Assembly (NCBI GenBank): GCA_050273025.1
Contig: CP158635.1
Location: forward strand, 33,294,001 to 33,358,000
From: Cenococcum geophilum
Taxonomy: Eukaryota
Reading direction: 5' to 3'
DNA length: 64,000 bases
Shown here: piece after piece, positions 24,501 through 36,571 of the stretch
How the letters are laid out: the number at the start of each line of letters is the position of its first letter
How positions within the stretch are numbered: position 1 is the first letter of the stretch
Notes under the pieces: model-generated
Databases searched by the model: none
What the model was told of the DNA's origin: nothing
The model's input: the letters and a program-made list of their open reading frames with translations, nothing else
Program-made: the position numbers and the translations under genes

Positions 24501-26181
24501 CCTATAGAGGAGAGGAGGGCAGAAAGACTAGAAATAATAGTATAATATTCGGCCTACCCGTACTATAAAGGTAGAGCACAGTTTCGGTAGAGTATAGGTA
24601 TAGCTTAATAAAATCCTTTTCTTCCTCTTCCTTTTCCTTATTAACACTTTCCTCTAGTAATTGCTACTTACAATTCCTTATAGTATGCGGGCTATTATAC
24701 TTACTATAGGTATACGGGAACTTACAATCCTTACCTAGGTTATACTTCCCTCTATTAAAGCTATAATAGGTCCTTAAGATATTAGTGCTTACTTACGCGC
24801 GTTTTAAGATAGATACGGATTTATAAGTACTAGGATTGTAATAAATATCTAGGAAGTTACTAGAGATCTTCTAGTTAGCTAGCTCTAACTAGTTCTTTTA
24901 AATAACTATAGAGTGGTGCTTTAAGGCCATAGTCATTAAGGGAGCAATTTGGTAGGTAGTAGATAGCTAAATAACTTAATTATAGAAGGTAAGTATTTAG
25001 GAAATAAGATCTACCAAAAGATTCTTATATATAATAATTAAAATCATTATATAGTTAAGGAAGCCCTTTACCTATACTTTAACGGACGGGTAGTCTTTTA
25101 TTATCCCTTCTTTCGGTCTTATAGAAAGGACGCTGTTAATAATAAGGATATTATTCTAAGGCTTAGACTAGAGCTAGTATATCCGGAAGCAAGAGAGGTT
25201 ATTAGGTAAGAAAGTACCCTAAAATACCTTAAGTATCTCTTTATTTGGGACGCTAGGGAGGAAGGTATTTAGAATATTAGCTATAGATAGGAGCAACTCA
25301 CCCAGTTTATTAATTAGGGTTAAGGATAACACTGCCATAGCAAGGCTTAATATATAGAGTTTAGTTACCCGATTTTCCTATTCTTTTCAGACGCGTAGCA
25401 TTTTGGTACGGTCCTCCTATTCCTAAAGGAGTCTTATTTTCCAATCGGTTGCCTAGTTCTTAACCTCCTTTACCTAAGCTCTTCTAATCCTTAAGTCCTC
25501 CTCATATAGTTACTGGAGCCGTTCTTTAGCTTTTTTAGTAGCTAAAGTCTCGCGTTAAGCCGCGGAGAGAGGCGCCATTATAGAGGATGGAGACTATAAC
25601 GCCGGCGTATCGCCTAAAGGTGTAGGGGAAGGTAAGGGAGACTAGTAGGTAACCTCTGAGGAGTTTAGCTCGTTAAGTGTGTTATTATTAGTTAAGTTTT
25701 TAAGGTTTTTACAGACAATTTACAAAGGTTTAGACGAGCGTATAGGTCGTTAAGTTATTAATAGTAATAATTAATTATTAGAAATTAAGTAAATAAGGTA
25801 TTAGCTCTTGAATGAGACTAATATAGAAAGCAAGCAAGCAAGGCTTAATTTTGTAAATGTTGATGATGTTAGTGTTGCTAAGATGCAGGGGTGCTGCTAT
25901 AGTGCTCGCTTAGCCACATAGACATGTCCATTTAAGCTTTAGATAATATTAGCGACTTAGTTAATTAAGGTATAAGCATGGTATAAGGGACGTGCAAGCC
26001 TATATAATTGGATTGTTTATAAACGAGAATCTAAAGCTAGAGAAAGGAAAGGAGAAGAAGAGCAGCGCCGGTCGAAGTAGGGTTCTTTTATGCGGTCCTC
26101 TAGTCACGTGACCTCAAAGTTCTGCCAAGTTCTGCCAGTCAAGTTCTGCCAAGTTCTGCTAGTTCTGCCAGTGCCGTAACA
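15502..26181 (-). mobile_element. Ty3/Gypsy chromovirus LTR retrotransposon, RIP-degraded
   Basis: 235-bp LTRs at 15502-15736 and 25947-26181, TSD GGGCT. Polypurine tract at about 15740-15750. RT relic FCTAYLDNIIIY near 18260. Chromodomain relic EIKEILAC..LKYRVSWKGY near 15960-16050. Confidence 0.92.
21212..25934 (-). mobile_element. Ngaro-type (DIRS order) tyrosine-recombinase retrotransposon, RIP-degraded
   Basis: Split direct repeats in the order A1 (about 25826-25934), ORFs, B1 (about 21541-21684), A2 (about 21435-21542), B2 (21212-21355). RT motif HYLDDFIF near 23865. YR relics LKRSKTD..CAVRA..APLF and YNGHLF*KGAA..LGRWS..AF*LY at 21930-22270. No TSD. Confidence 0.88.
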
Positions 26182-26499
26182 GGGCTAAATATACCAATAT
26201 TAAGGGGTTAAAGTAGGTGTGTTAAATAAGGTGGTAGATAGAGAGGGATAATCTTATAAGCCTCGCAATACTTAACAAACTATATTAATACGTGGCTCTT
26301 GTATCCGTTAAGAATTAATAAGTAATAGATTCCTTAAAGGCGTAGCTCTATATATTAGTTAAAGTGTTTTAACCAATTAACTACGATGTCCGAATTTGTC
26401 TAGCCCGAATCGCTTACTTAAATTACTATCTCGCGATCAAGTCTAGGTGATATCTAAGATCGTTGCATTTGCTTCCCCTAAAAGATAAGGTAGGGAGGT

Positions 26500-27060
26500 A
26501 ATTAATATTAACCTCCTAATTAACTTCCTGATTGACTGTCACGGGACACCCCCGTGACACCTTATACACGTCCACCTGTTTCCACCGACTCAGCAACCAG
26601 AGACCGACCACGAGACGGCAATCTAACAGCAATCTGCGGCAACCTGACGGCAATCTGCCGCATTCTGCCATATTCCACCAAGTTCCACTAAGTTCCACCG
26701 AATCCTGCCAAGTTCTGTCAGGACCACCACCTGAATCCTATTCTGCTCCGTGCACGTGTTGACCAAGCAACCAAGTCCACGATATGTACCCTTTCTTCCC
26801 GTTTTCCTACCTTCTTTCCTTACGCAACGTCTTGACTTTATCACACAGTTCATGTACGTAGCTTAATAATATCTACTCGTTATATATTATCGTCGCTTGT
26901 ACTCACTCCGTGACATTGACCTCCTAGTTAACCTCCTAATTGACCTCCTAATTGACTTCCTGATTAACCTCCTAGTTAACCTCCTGATTGACCTCCTAAT
27001 TAACCTCCTAATTGACCTCCTAATTAACCTCCTAATTAACCTCCTAATTAACTTTCTGAT
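26500..27060. repeat. 12-bp tandem array (ATTRACCTCCTR) inside the pogo transposase region, split by the solo LTR
   Basis: Repeated units at about 26507-26536 and 26916-27058. Least-mutated units read QEVN on the minus strand. Confidence 0.85.
26537..26915. mobile_element. Solo LTR (379 bp), with little RIP damage
   Basis: Inverted termini TGTCACGG...CCGTGACA and exact TSD TTGAC (26532-26536 and 26916-26920). CA/TG dinucleotides are retained. Confidence 0.9.
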
Positions 27061-29153
27061 ATGTACTTAATAATAGACACCTAATTGCGATTACCCGGCT
27101 TTATAATAAAGGCTTAAGCCTCTAATTAAGGAATAAGCACCTTAACCTTATCGCCTAACCCTATTACAATTCCTTTCTTATCTATATTATATTAATCGCC
27201 TAGGGGAATTATGTATTTAGTAATAGTAGCTTTATAGAGATTAAACTACTCTTTAATAATCTCTGGATCCTTAGTATCCTTTCGCTTTTAATTAAGGCCT
27301 TAGGCGAATTAAGCTTTAAGCTCTAAGTGTTGGGTAAAGAAGTTTTTATACTAGTGTTGGCCAACCTCTGGAGGACGCTTCTTTGCAGTAAGGATACTTT
27401 TGACTATAGATTTAAGGTGTTAAATTTAAGGTGGCTAACCCTAGGCTCCTATTATATTAATCCATTTAACTAGGGAGTCCTCCTTAATAACTAAGAGCTT
27501 TTAAAGCTTTTGGTAATACTCCTTGTTTAACTAGCGGCCGTTACGATGATGGTAAACAGAAGGTGATAGACCGTATATTTGGGCAAGCAAACGGCCAGAT
27601 TAATTAGGATTGGCTTCCAATAATTAAAGAACAATTTGCATTCGATCTTCTTGGTTAAGCGACAGCAATTGGGGGGTAGTAGAGGACATAGTGATGGTAT
27701 AGTCAAGGAGTATTTTGATGTTTTGATTTTGATTTTCGTAGGAGGCCCGTGCACTGTCTCGGGTGGGTAGCTGTCTCGTCTGGGTGGCTAAGACGTTATA
27801 CTATAGTTAAAATTAAGACTTAATTGTGGTGGTATAGTCATAGAAGTTGCATTTCAAAAATTTGATTTTCGTGATGCAGATGCATACAAATCAAACACAC
27901 GTGACGTTCTAACCTAAAGAGGAAGGATCTAAGCCTGTTCGGTGGGGGGTGTGTGCGTATCAATTGGGGGGTGTACGCGCAGTGATTAGGGGTGTGTAAC
28001 TAGCAGTGGCCTAAATTAAAGACGGGAGCGTACCCTATTTAAACGATTGTTTGAGGATATCAAGGCTCGGCGCTGGTACTGGTGGCTGCGGGCTCTCTGG
28101 TTGCTGTTTGCTGGGCGAGAAAGAAGGAATGTGGAGGGTTTATGAGACCAAACTCATGTCTAAGACGTATAAAAGTGTCATCTTGGGTTTGAGCCGCTAA
28201 ACATATGAAGCTGTTGCCGTGAAGTATCCAATGCCGGTATACGTTTTGGTAGTTACGCCATCGTTGTTCAGGGAATAGACACGAATGTACAAGATTACAG
28301 CATAGCTAAAGAGCTTTGAGGTTGCGAGGCAGAATCGATGCTGGACACAAACGAATCAATCAGCAGCTCGATTGGAGCGCATGGCCACAAACGTCAGCAA
28401 AAGCAAAAATGAGGCAACCCGCCCTTCTGACAGCAACCTTATTTCATCGGATCGGTACCTTTTGTTTATTTCTAATAGCAATGGCCATTATTCCCTTATT
28501 AAAGCGGGAGTAAAAAGAAAAAAAGCTCGACAAAGAAGATGAGAGAGTCTCGTCCGTCGGTGCTCGCATCCGCGTGATCGGAGAATATCCTGCTTGACAA
28601 CCCTGCGTCGCATCCGGCCGATATCGCATAACCCCGTCGTCTCTCTCCTGTGGTAATAATATTGGCGTGCCCGCATTAAATGCCATCAAAGGGGAATAAA
28701 TTTGCATAACAAAAAATATATACTCTTATCTGTATAGTAACTGTCAGCGACCTTCCTATTAAGACAAAAGCTAAGCAGGTAAAGAAGGTACCAATCTCTC
28801 TGTGAAGTCTCCCTGTCTCTCTCTCCCTCTGAGTCTCCCTCTCTCGCCAGCTAGTGCTGCCAGACGAGATCAGCGCCACACGTTGGCAAGTAGTGGTCAT
28901 CTGTGAGGAGCATTAAGACTGCGGGCAGGCCCTGCTCCCCATGCGGGCGCGACACCTTATTTCGTCATCCATCGATTCCATCTCTACCAACATCATCAAT
29001 CGTGAAGACTTGATGCGATCCTCCATATACGCCATAATTATACCCACCATCACTTTATCCGACCCGAGAGAACATCTTTGACAGATAGCTCCTTAAGCTT
29101 GCTATAATTTCACTACTCCACCCCCCAAACTCCAACTCGCCACTGTCAAGACA

Positions 29154-30733
29154 ATGGACTCTCACAAGCCTCCTCTCTTTACTCTCCCTGCCGAGCTTAT
29201 TCATCATGTTCTCTCTTTTCTCTCCCCTCTGGATCTCGCCGAAGTTTCTCAAACCTGCCATCTCTTGCACAACCACACTCTCTCCGACCAACTGTGGCAA
29301 CCCTTCGTCCAAGCCAACGTTCCCGGAACCATCCTTAAAAGCCCCTACCCAGCCACATCCTGGCGGTCCCTTTACATAGACCACCACCCCTACTGGTTCC
29401 TCTCCAAGCACAAGATCTGGTTCGCCGACAACCAGCACACGGGCAAACTGCTCATCGCGCGCTACGACCCGCGTCTCCCAGCCATCGAAGCCTACGCCCT
29501 GGTGGCGGAGCGCCGCCAACCCACCACCCCGCACTGGCACTGGAACCCGAACGCCATCATCCACACCTTCTCCCCGCGCATCCAGCTCGACCTGAACGCG
29601 CCCGTCCTCCGCCTCGACACCGCCGCCCTGGCGCAGGCCCGCCGCACCAGCCTGGACACCGGCTCGCGGCTGCAGCGCGAAATCCCCATGGCCGTGCACG
29701 GCATCACCACCACCACCTCGGCGGGGCTCTTCTCGCGCCTGCTGCTCTCGCGCCCCCTCCCCCCCGCCGCCATCACCCCCGGCACGCGCGTCTGGCCGCC
29801 CGCCACGATCCCCGCGCCCGAGCGCACCCGTCGCGAGAGCGTGTCGCGCTACCGCAGCTCCGGCCACCGCCCCGGCCGGCTGCGCGAGCTCAGCAGCACG
29901 ACGTTCCGGCTGCGCAAGTGGGTGCAGTTCAGCGGCCGTGCGCCGCAGCAGGGGCTCGGCACGCGCGTCGGCGAGGATGTCGCCACGTTCGCGACGCTGG
30001 ATCCCGCGCTCTACACGCCGACCGCCGCGCGGCCCTGGCGCGGCATCTGGTGCGGGGATTATTCCGGGCATGGGTGCGAGTTTCTGGTCGTTATGCAGCC
30101 GGAGGAGCCAGGGCCGTTGCCCGAGGCTGCGGAGCGGGCGTTGGCGCGGCGGAGTGCGAGCGTGGGGAGTGAGGAGAGTGAGGGTAGCGCGGCGATGGGA
30201 GCAGACGACGGGGGTGGGGAGGGGGCTGATGTGGAGGCGGGGTTGGGCGCGCTGCGGATCGGGGTGGAGGATCCGGAGGAGCGGAAGTATCGCGGGCGGA
30301 TCGAGGCTGTGAAGTTGACGGGCGATCCTAACATCCCGCGCGGCGAGTATACGTTCATTGCGCCCGATATCAGCCGGGATGGGCTGCTCCGTGTAGCGCA
30401 GGAGGAGATCTTTAAGGGTGCGAGGGTGGTTAGGTGTGTGGGGCATATTGCTGCAGCGGGGTTTCGGGAAGGTATGTCTGTCAGGTCTAACTCCTCCTTT
30501 ACCTCTCTCTTTCCTTTTCCTTCACCATTTAATAGTCATCTGAAAAACCCTTTCAAACGGTGTCTATGGTTTCGGAATATAGGATGGAGCTAACAGCACA
30601 ATCCCCAGACGACTTCATCCCATCCCAGCTCATCCTCATCTCCCACGACAAACTGGCACAGTACTGGGAGACATTCGGTCATGTCTCGTTCTACCAGCGC
30701 GTCGACATCGACCAATTCACCCGCATCCCCTGA
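29154..30733 (+). CDS. F-box protein with a conserved C-terminal domain (FBXO31/DUF3506-like); 2 exons
   Basis: F-box LFTLPAELIHHVLSFLSPLDL; motifs WRGIWCGDYSGHGCEFL and EAVKLTGDPNIPRGEYTF. Intron 30472-30608; the last exon reads DDFIPSQLILISHDKLAQYWETFGHVSFYQRVDIDQF. Confidence 0.88.
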
Positions 30734-31639
30734 GCCGAACCCAACTCTCAGCCCTCCATCCAAGCAGTGCATGGCTGCGTGGGTAGCATGGACGGGGGCT
30801 AGTCGATGCCTGCGAGTCTATCCTTGTTTCCGTGCTCAAGCACGTGGTGGAGCCATTGGCTCGTACTGAACAATCTTTTCTTGTTGACTTCTATGCTCGG
30901 TTTGCATAGCGCGGAGTTCTAGTTTTAACGGGCTGGGTTGGGTCTGAAAGTTGCATTTTAGGTGTTTCAGATTGTGTGCTAAACTTGGGAGAGTGTCAAT
31001 AGGATAGTGTATTAAGGACAGCAGCTAGTTGAAGCTCTGTAGGGAATGTAGGACGCTTAATATGCCCTCGATGGGTGTCATACGAAACAACATCGGCTTG
31101 GCTATTGGAGTGCATGTACTCTGAACATCTCCAATTGGCGATCGCTAGTATGGAACGACTTGTCAAGTAAGAAAACCTCCTTCGGGCTAGATTAGGAATA
31201 TCCTTTAGAGCCAATAATCCTGTAATGGAAGATTTGCATTCTCTACTCTTTACAAACCAATCGTCATGAAACACCAACAATACTCGTGCACCAGCCGCGC
31301 CCTTTCCAGCCCTCTACCGCATTTATACATTTCTCTAAAACACACCAGGCGTAAAGTTCACTTCCTCACCTCTACCAACCCAACGCCAACCGCCACTGTT
31401 CCCCCAACTCCCTTTTCTCCATGCCATCGTACCCGCTGAAATGCACCATAGCAATCCCAACCAAACACTACCCGGCCCATCTTCTCTTCTATAAAAAGAC
31501 AAAATATTCATACACCAGCCCCGCACTCAACCCATTCCCATAACACTGTCAAACTCCTTCCCCATCTCAGCCACTAAAGTGTCGCTGGCCCTCAAGAGCT
31601 GTTGATAATATCTGGGGACTCAATATAACACCTCAGGTC

Positions 31640-33030
31640 CTAATCCACGCCCTCGTCCACATACGTCGACTTCCCCTGCTCGCCTGCATCTCCCTCTGTC
31701 TCTCTCCTCTCGCCGCTCTCCTGTCCAGTTGTCGTGTCTGATTGCTCGGTTGGTATGAGCTGGAAGCTGACGACGAAGAGCTCGGTGTTGGTTTCTCGGT
31801 CCTTGAGGACGTATCTAAGGGTGTGTGTGCTACGTTAGTCAGGTGAGGGAAGTTCGCTAGGGGCGGGTAGAAGGGGGGTCAAGGTTTAGATAGGGATGCG
31901 GAAGGAGTGAGGCGAGATGAGATGAGGTGAGATGGGGGATGAACTGAGGGAGGAAAAGAGGGGGTGAGGGAGGAGAGGAGGGAGTGAGAAAAAGAGAGAG
32001 TGAAGAACAGCGACTTACCGCAACGGCTGTCCGTCCCAGTGGCTAATGATTCCGATGGTCGGGAGGCCATAGCCAAGCTTAAGGGAAAAATCTAGGAGAC
32101 GGGTCAGCATCGCTCAGTAAATCTCACTCTCAGCATGCAGAAAAGGCAGCAATCGCGCATCTCGTCCCACCGGCCTTAGTACCCCCTCAGTTCCCGCTCC
32201 CACCCCAGCACCCCAGCATCCTCGCGCCCGAAAAAATGACAACCCCACTCACCATTGAAATCCAAATACGGATTGAAGAAATCGCACGCATATACCCTCC
32301 CCTCCTCAAACACAAACTCCTCCCTCCTCTCCCCCTGCAAAAAGAACTTCCGCCGTGCCCCCGGCTCCTCAGGAACCCCCAACTCCCTCCGCACAACCTC
32401 CCCATCCCCTTCCGCTCCCTCCTCAAACACGACCTCCTCGCCCGCCTTCTCCGCCTCCCCCTCCACCGCCCCCGCACCCTCCCCCTTGGCCCCAATCCTC
32501 AGCACATTAATCGAGCTCAGCAGCGGGCCGTACAGGAACGGCTTGTCGCCGTACACATCGCCGTCGAGCCCCGGGTCGATCCACCACTTGACGATCCCGA
32601 AGGCCTTGTCGAAGAGCGGGGGCAGGCGGTCGCGGATGGGGTGGTCGAAGTCGTTGCCAAAGACGAGGTGGGCGCCGCTGAGGGCGCGCTTGGGCCGCAG
32701 GGTGAAGGCGATGCTGTAGCGGTCGTGGAGGTGGTGCGGGTGGGTGAAGTAGGGGGATGTGGGAGGGGAGGAGGGGAGGCCTAGGGGGTGAGGGTTAGTT
32801 CTGTGTGGGGGAGGGTGTTTGGGAGGTGGGTGGGGTTGGGATGGAGGGGGAGGGAGGGGTGAGGGGCTGTTACCCCGGTAGTCTTTTATTCGGACGTGGA
32901 TCCGGGCGTCGAGGTGCGAGGTGGAGATGGTGACGGGCGTTGGGTTGTTGACGTGCACGTCTTGGTGCGTGGTTGGGTCGTAGGTCGGGCCTGCGGTTAC
33001 TTTGAGGATGTAGTTTTCGTGGTGGGCCAT
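31640..33030 (-). CDS. DUF1769-like conserved fungal protein; 4 exons
   Basis: Motifs LKVTAGPTYD, LVFGNDFDHPIRDRLP, WWIDPGLDGDVY, DFFNPYLDFN and WDGQPLRYVLKD. Introns at about 32781-32873, 32093-32251 and 31816-32018. Confidence 0.82.
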
Positions 33031-33457
33031 GCTGGAGCTGATGGCGGCGGATGGATAGACGGAATTTCTAAGGTTGACGCGGCGGGTTTCCCGGGCGTGT
33101 TAGAGGTCCGGAAGAGGAATTGAAGGGATATATAAGGGTGAGGCTTTTGGTGAGATGATTTTACTATACGTTTGGTGTCTGATGCAATATTTGTTGCGAA
33201 GCAATGACGTCCTGCCCTTTGGCGGGGGCCCTTTGTCGTTCCCTACGCGAGCATAAAATATGCTGGGAAAAGAGCACTGAAGAACCTCCGCATCTCTAGT
33301 CGAGGTATCTCTACTTCCCGCAAAGTATCTGTACTGGAGAAGTAGCGCTGAGAGATTCAGTCCTTCTGAGATATTGCCAGCCGAAACAAAGGTATCCGCG
33401 TTGCAACTATCTACAAGAAGTGGGATATGGGATATTTCAACATGACTCTGATGCCAT

Positions 33458-34656
<1,199 letters not shown>

Positions 34657-34753
34657 TGGAACTGATTGTTGGTGGGGAACAAAAAGTAATTGATGATAGA
34701 ATTCATTTCAGCGCCGATGCAGGAGGGCAGTTGTGCCGAATAATAGCCGTCGG

Positions 34754-34760
34754 TGACTCA
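34754..34760. promoter_or_regulatory. Gcn4/CpcA-type site TGACTCA in the divergent LYS12 / F-box promoter
   Basis: Exact TGACTCA 98 bp upstream of the LYS12 ATG, as expected for an amino-acid biosynthesis gene. Confidence 0.6.
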
Positions 34761-34836
34761 CCCTGACTGTAGCGGGTTTTCTTTTGTCCCATCAACAGGA
34801 AGAACTTCAATCAAATTTATTACATTTCATTAAATC

Positions 34837-36408
34837 ATGCACTGCAAAATATACCCAATCGTCGACGAGGATGTTACAGATGTTTCCTTTCCGAAAGCCA
34901 AGGTGGCCAAATCTATTCCTGCATTGACCAATCCAACGACTCTCGATAGTTTACCAGCGGAACTCTTACTTGAAATACTCTCCTACATATCCAGCAGACG
35001 CAGTGCTTTGAATGATAGCACATTTCGGCCTGATCCTACGACTTGGGAATATCCAATGAATCCTAATGCTACACTGTGGAGTCTATGCTTGACCAATCGC
35101 TACCTCAATTATGTTTCCGAGCCGGTTCTGTATCAAGAATTCCATCACACCTTCCTGGAATACCCAGCACTTGTCCATTTCCTCCGAGCAATCATTCGAC
35201 GACCCCATCTAGCTAGCCATGTCAAGAGAATAAGTTTGGATTACACCTATCTGTTTAAGACATTTGAATATTCCTGGCATCTGCCGCCACCATCTCCCAA
35301 AAGCCCCCCCGGATATCCGCTGGGTGATGACGATCTTCGACTTTTTATACGAACTGCACGGGAAAGCTTATTGGTATCCAAGGCGGATGAGACGCGAATC
35401 TGGAGACTTGAAGACCCTGCCCTGGTTCTTCTACTCTTTTCCCAAGCCTCCAACTTGCGAGAACTTCACTATAACGTTTCCGGAAACCAACTAAAACAAG
35501 ATTCCACCCACTTGATAAATACTGCCCTTTGGGATATGCTTGTGTCTGACGGACGGCTGCTCAGGCCTTTCCCATTCAGCTCTCTTAGGAAAGTGACGTT
35601 ATCCTCCTTCAATACAGTTAAAGAATGGGACGGTGCGAAAAGAAGGTTTGCTTTAAACAGTACAGCAGCATGGCTCTTCCTTCCATCTGTAGAGAGTTTG
35701 GACCTATCCGGTTGCATAATGGATAAATTTTGTCCCTATGCCATCTCCATAAGCTCAAGCGACCAACCCTACGAACGACCTCGCATTCACGAACGTCTCC
35801 CTCCAGAACTTTCAGTTGTTTCGCTCACCTCAATCACCTTTAGAGACAGCGTAGTACACATGGACGCCCTTTACGACATGCTATCCCATTGCAAATCTTT
35901 GAAATCTTTCGATTTCCAATGGGACGGCCCCGAAATTGGTCCTGGAGATTATGACTACGGGAAGGTCGGGCGCGCTTTACGGACCCAAAAGCATTCCCTT
36001 GAGACTTTAAGGTTTGACGCAACAAAAGTCATTTACGAATATGATCCGGTCATTTTAAAACACTGCATGGTTGACTCGTTTGAATCACTGAAATTTTTCG
36101 AGAAGCTTTCGTACGTCGACGTACCGGGACTTGCTACTATAAAATTGGAAATCCTACTGGGTTTAGATGAAATTCTTCCTCCGAACATTCAGACGCTCAA
36201 AATTCAATCGATAGGCTATAATGATCTATATCAGATTGAGGAGCTGGCCCGCGTTGCTCCGGAAAGATTCCGGTCCTTACTGCTTGTTGAGATTGGTGTG
36301 TGGGAACTAAAATTAGTCGACTATTTGATAACAAACTGCGTCGAGTTTTTCGCCGAGCGAGGAGTGACTCTTGTTGTAAAAAGTGAGTCGCAAGATATGA
36401 AATCCTAA
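34837..36408 (+). CDS. F-box-like protein with an LRR/RNI-like C-terminus
   Basis: Intronless 523-aa ORF with LDSLPAELLLEILSYI, LWSLCLTNRYLNYVSEPVLY and repeated LxxLxL motifs. Confidence 0.78.
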   Translation: MHCKIYPIVDEDVTDVSFPKAKVAKSIPALTNPTTLDSLPAELLLEILSYISSRRSALNDSTFRPDPTTWEYPMNPNATLWSLCLTNRYLNYVSEPVLYQEFHHTFLEYPALVHFLRAIIRRPHLASHVKRISLDYTYLFKTFEYSWHLPPPSPKSPPGYPLGDDDLRLFIRTARESLLVSKADETRIWRLEDPALVLLLFSQASNLRELHYNVSGNQLKQDSTHLINTALWDMLVSDGRLLRPFPFSSLRKVTLSSFNTVKEWDGAKRRFALNSTAAWLFLPSVESLDLSGCIMDKFCPYAISISSSDQPYERPRIHERLPPELSVVSLTSITFRDSVVHMDALYDMLSHCKSLKSFDFQWDGPEIGPGDYDYGKVGRALRTQKHSLETLRFDATKVIYEYDPVILKHCMVDSFESLKFFEKLSYVDVPGLATIKLEILLGLDEILPPNIQTLKIQSIGYNDLYQIEELARVAPERFRSLLLVEIGVWELKLVDYLITNCVEFFAERGVTLVVKSESQDMKS

Positions 36409-36571
36409 AGCGAGGCATACATTTTGACTAACAATCTTAACGCTAGAACATACCTGTAAGAGTACATATATTAGATCCCGCCGCGCTTGCGAACAAGTTC
36501 GCAAGCACTCCGTGTCTTTTTGGCCGAATGGCGACGTTGGGGCGGGAAACGTTACAATACCTCAGCAAGCT

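Larger units (their letters stand above)
14748..27796 (-). mobile_element. Fot1/pogo (Tc1-mariner) DNA transposon, RIP-degraded, hosting nested insertions
   Basis: TIRs of about 75 bp starting ACGTCTTAGCCACCCAGACG (14748-14822 and about 27722-27796, 2 mismatches), each flanked by TA. A minus-strand relic near 27150-27400 reads VGQH*YKNFF..HLELKA..DPEIIKE*F..YNIDKKG. Confidence 0.9.

Noticed and set aside
28020..29100. Possible displaced continuation of the NACHT gene, or small genes
   Set aside because: No zinc-finger or other recognisable coding signal was seen, and the short ORFs look random.
29055..30446. 463-aa minus-strand ORF
   Set aside because: Antisense to the GC-rich F-box gene, with no recognisable motifs.
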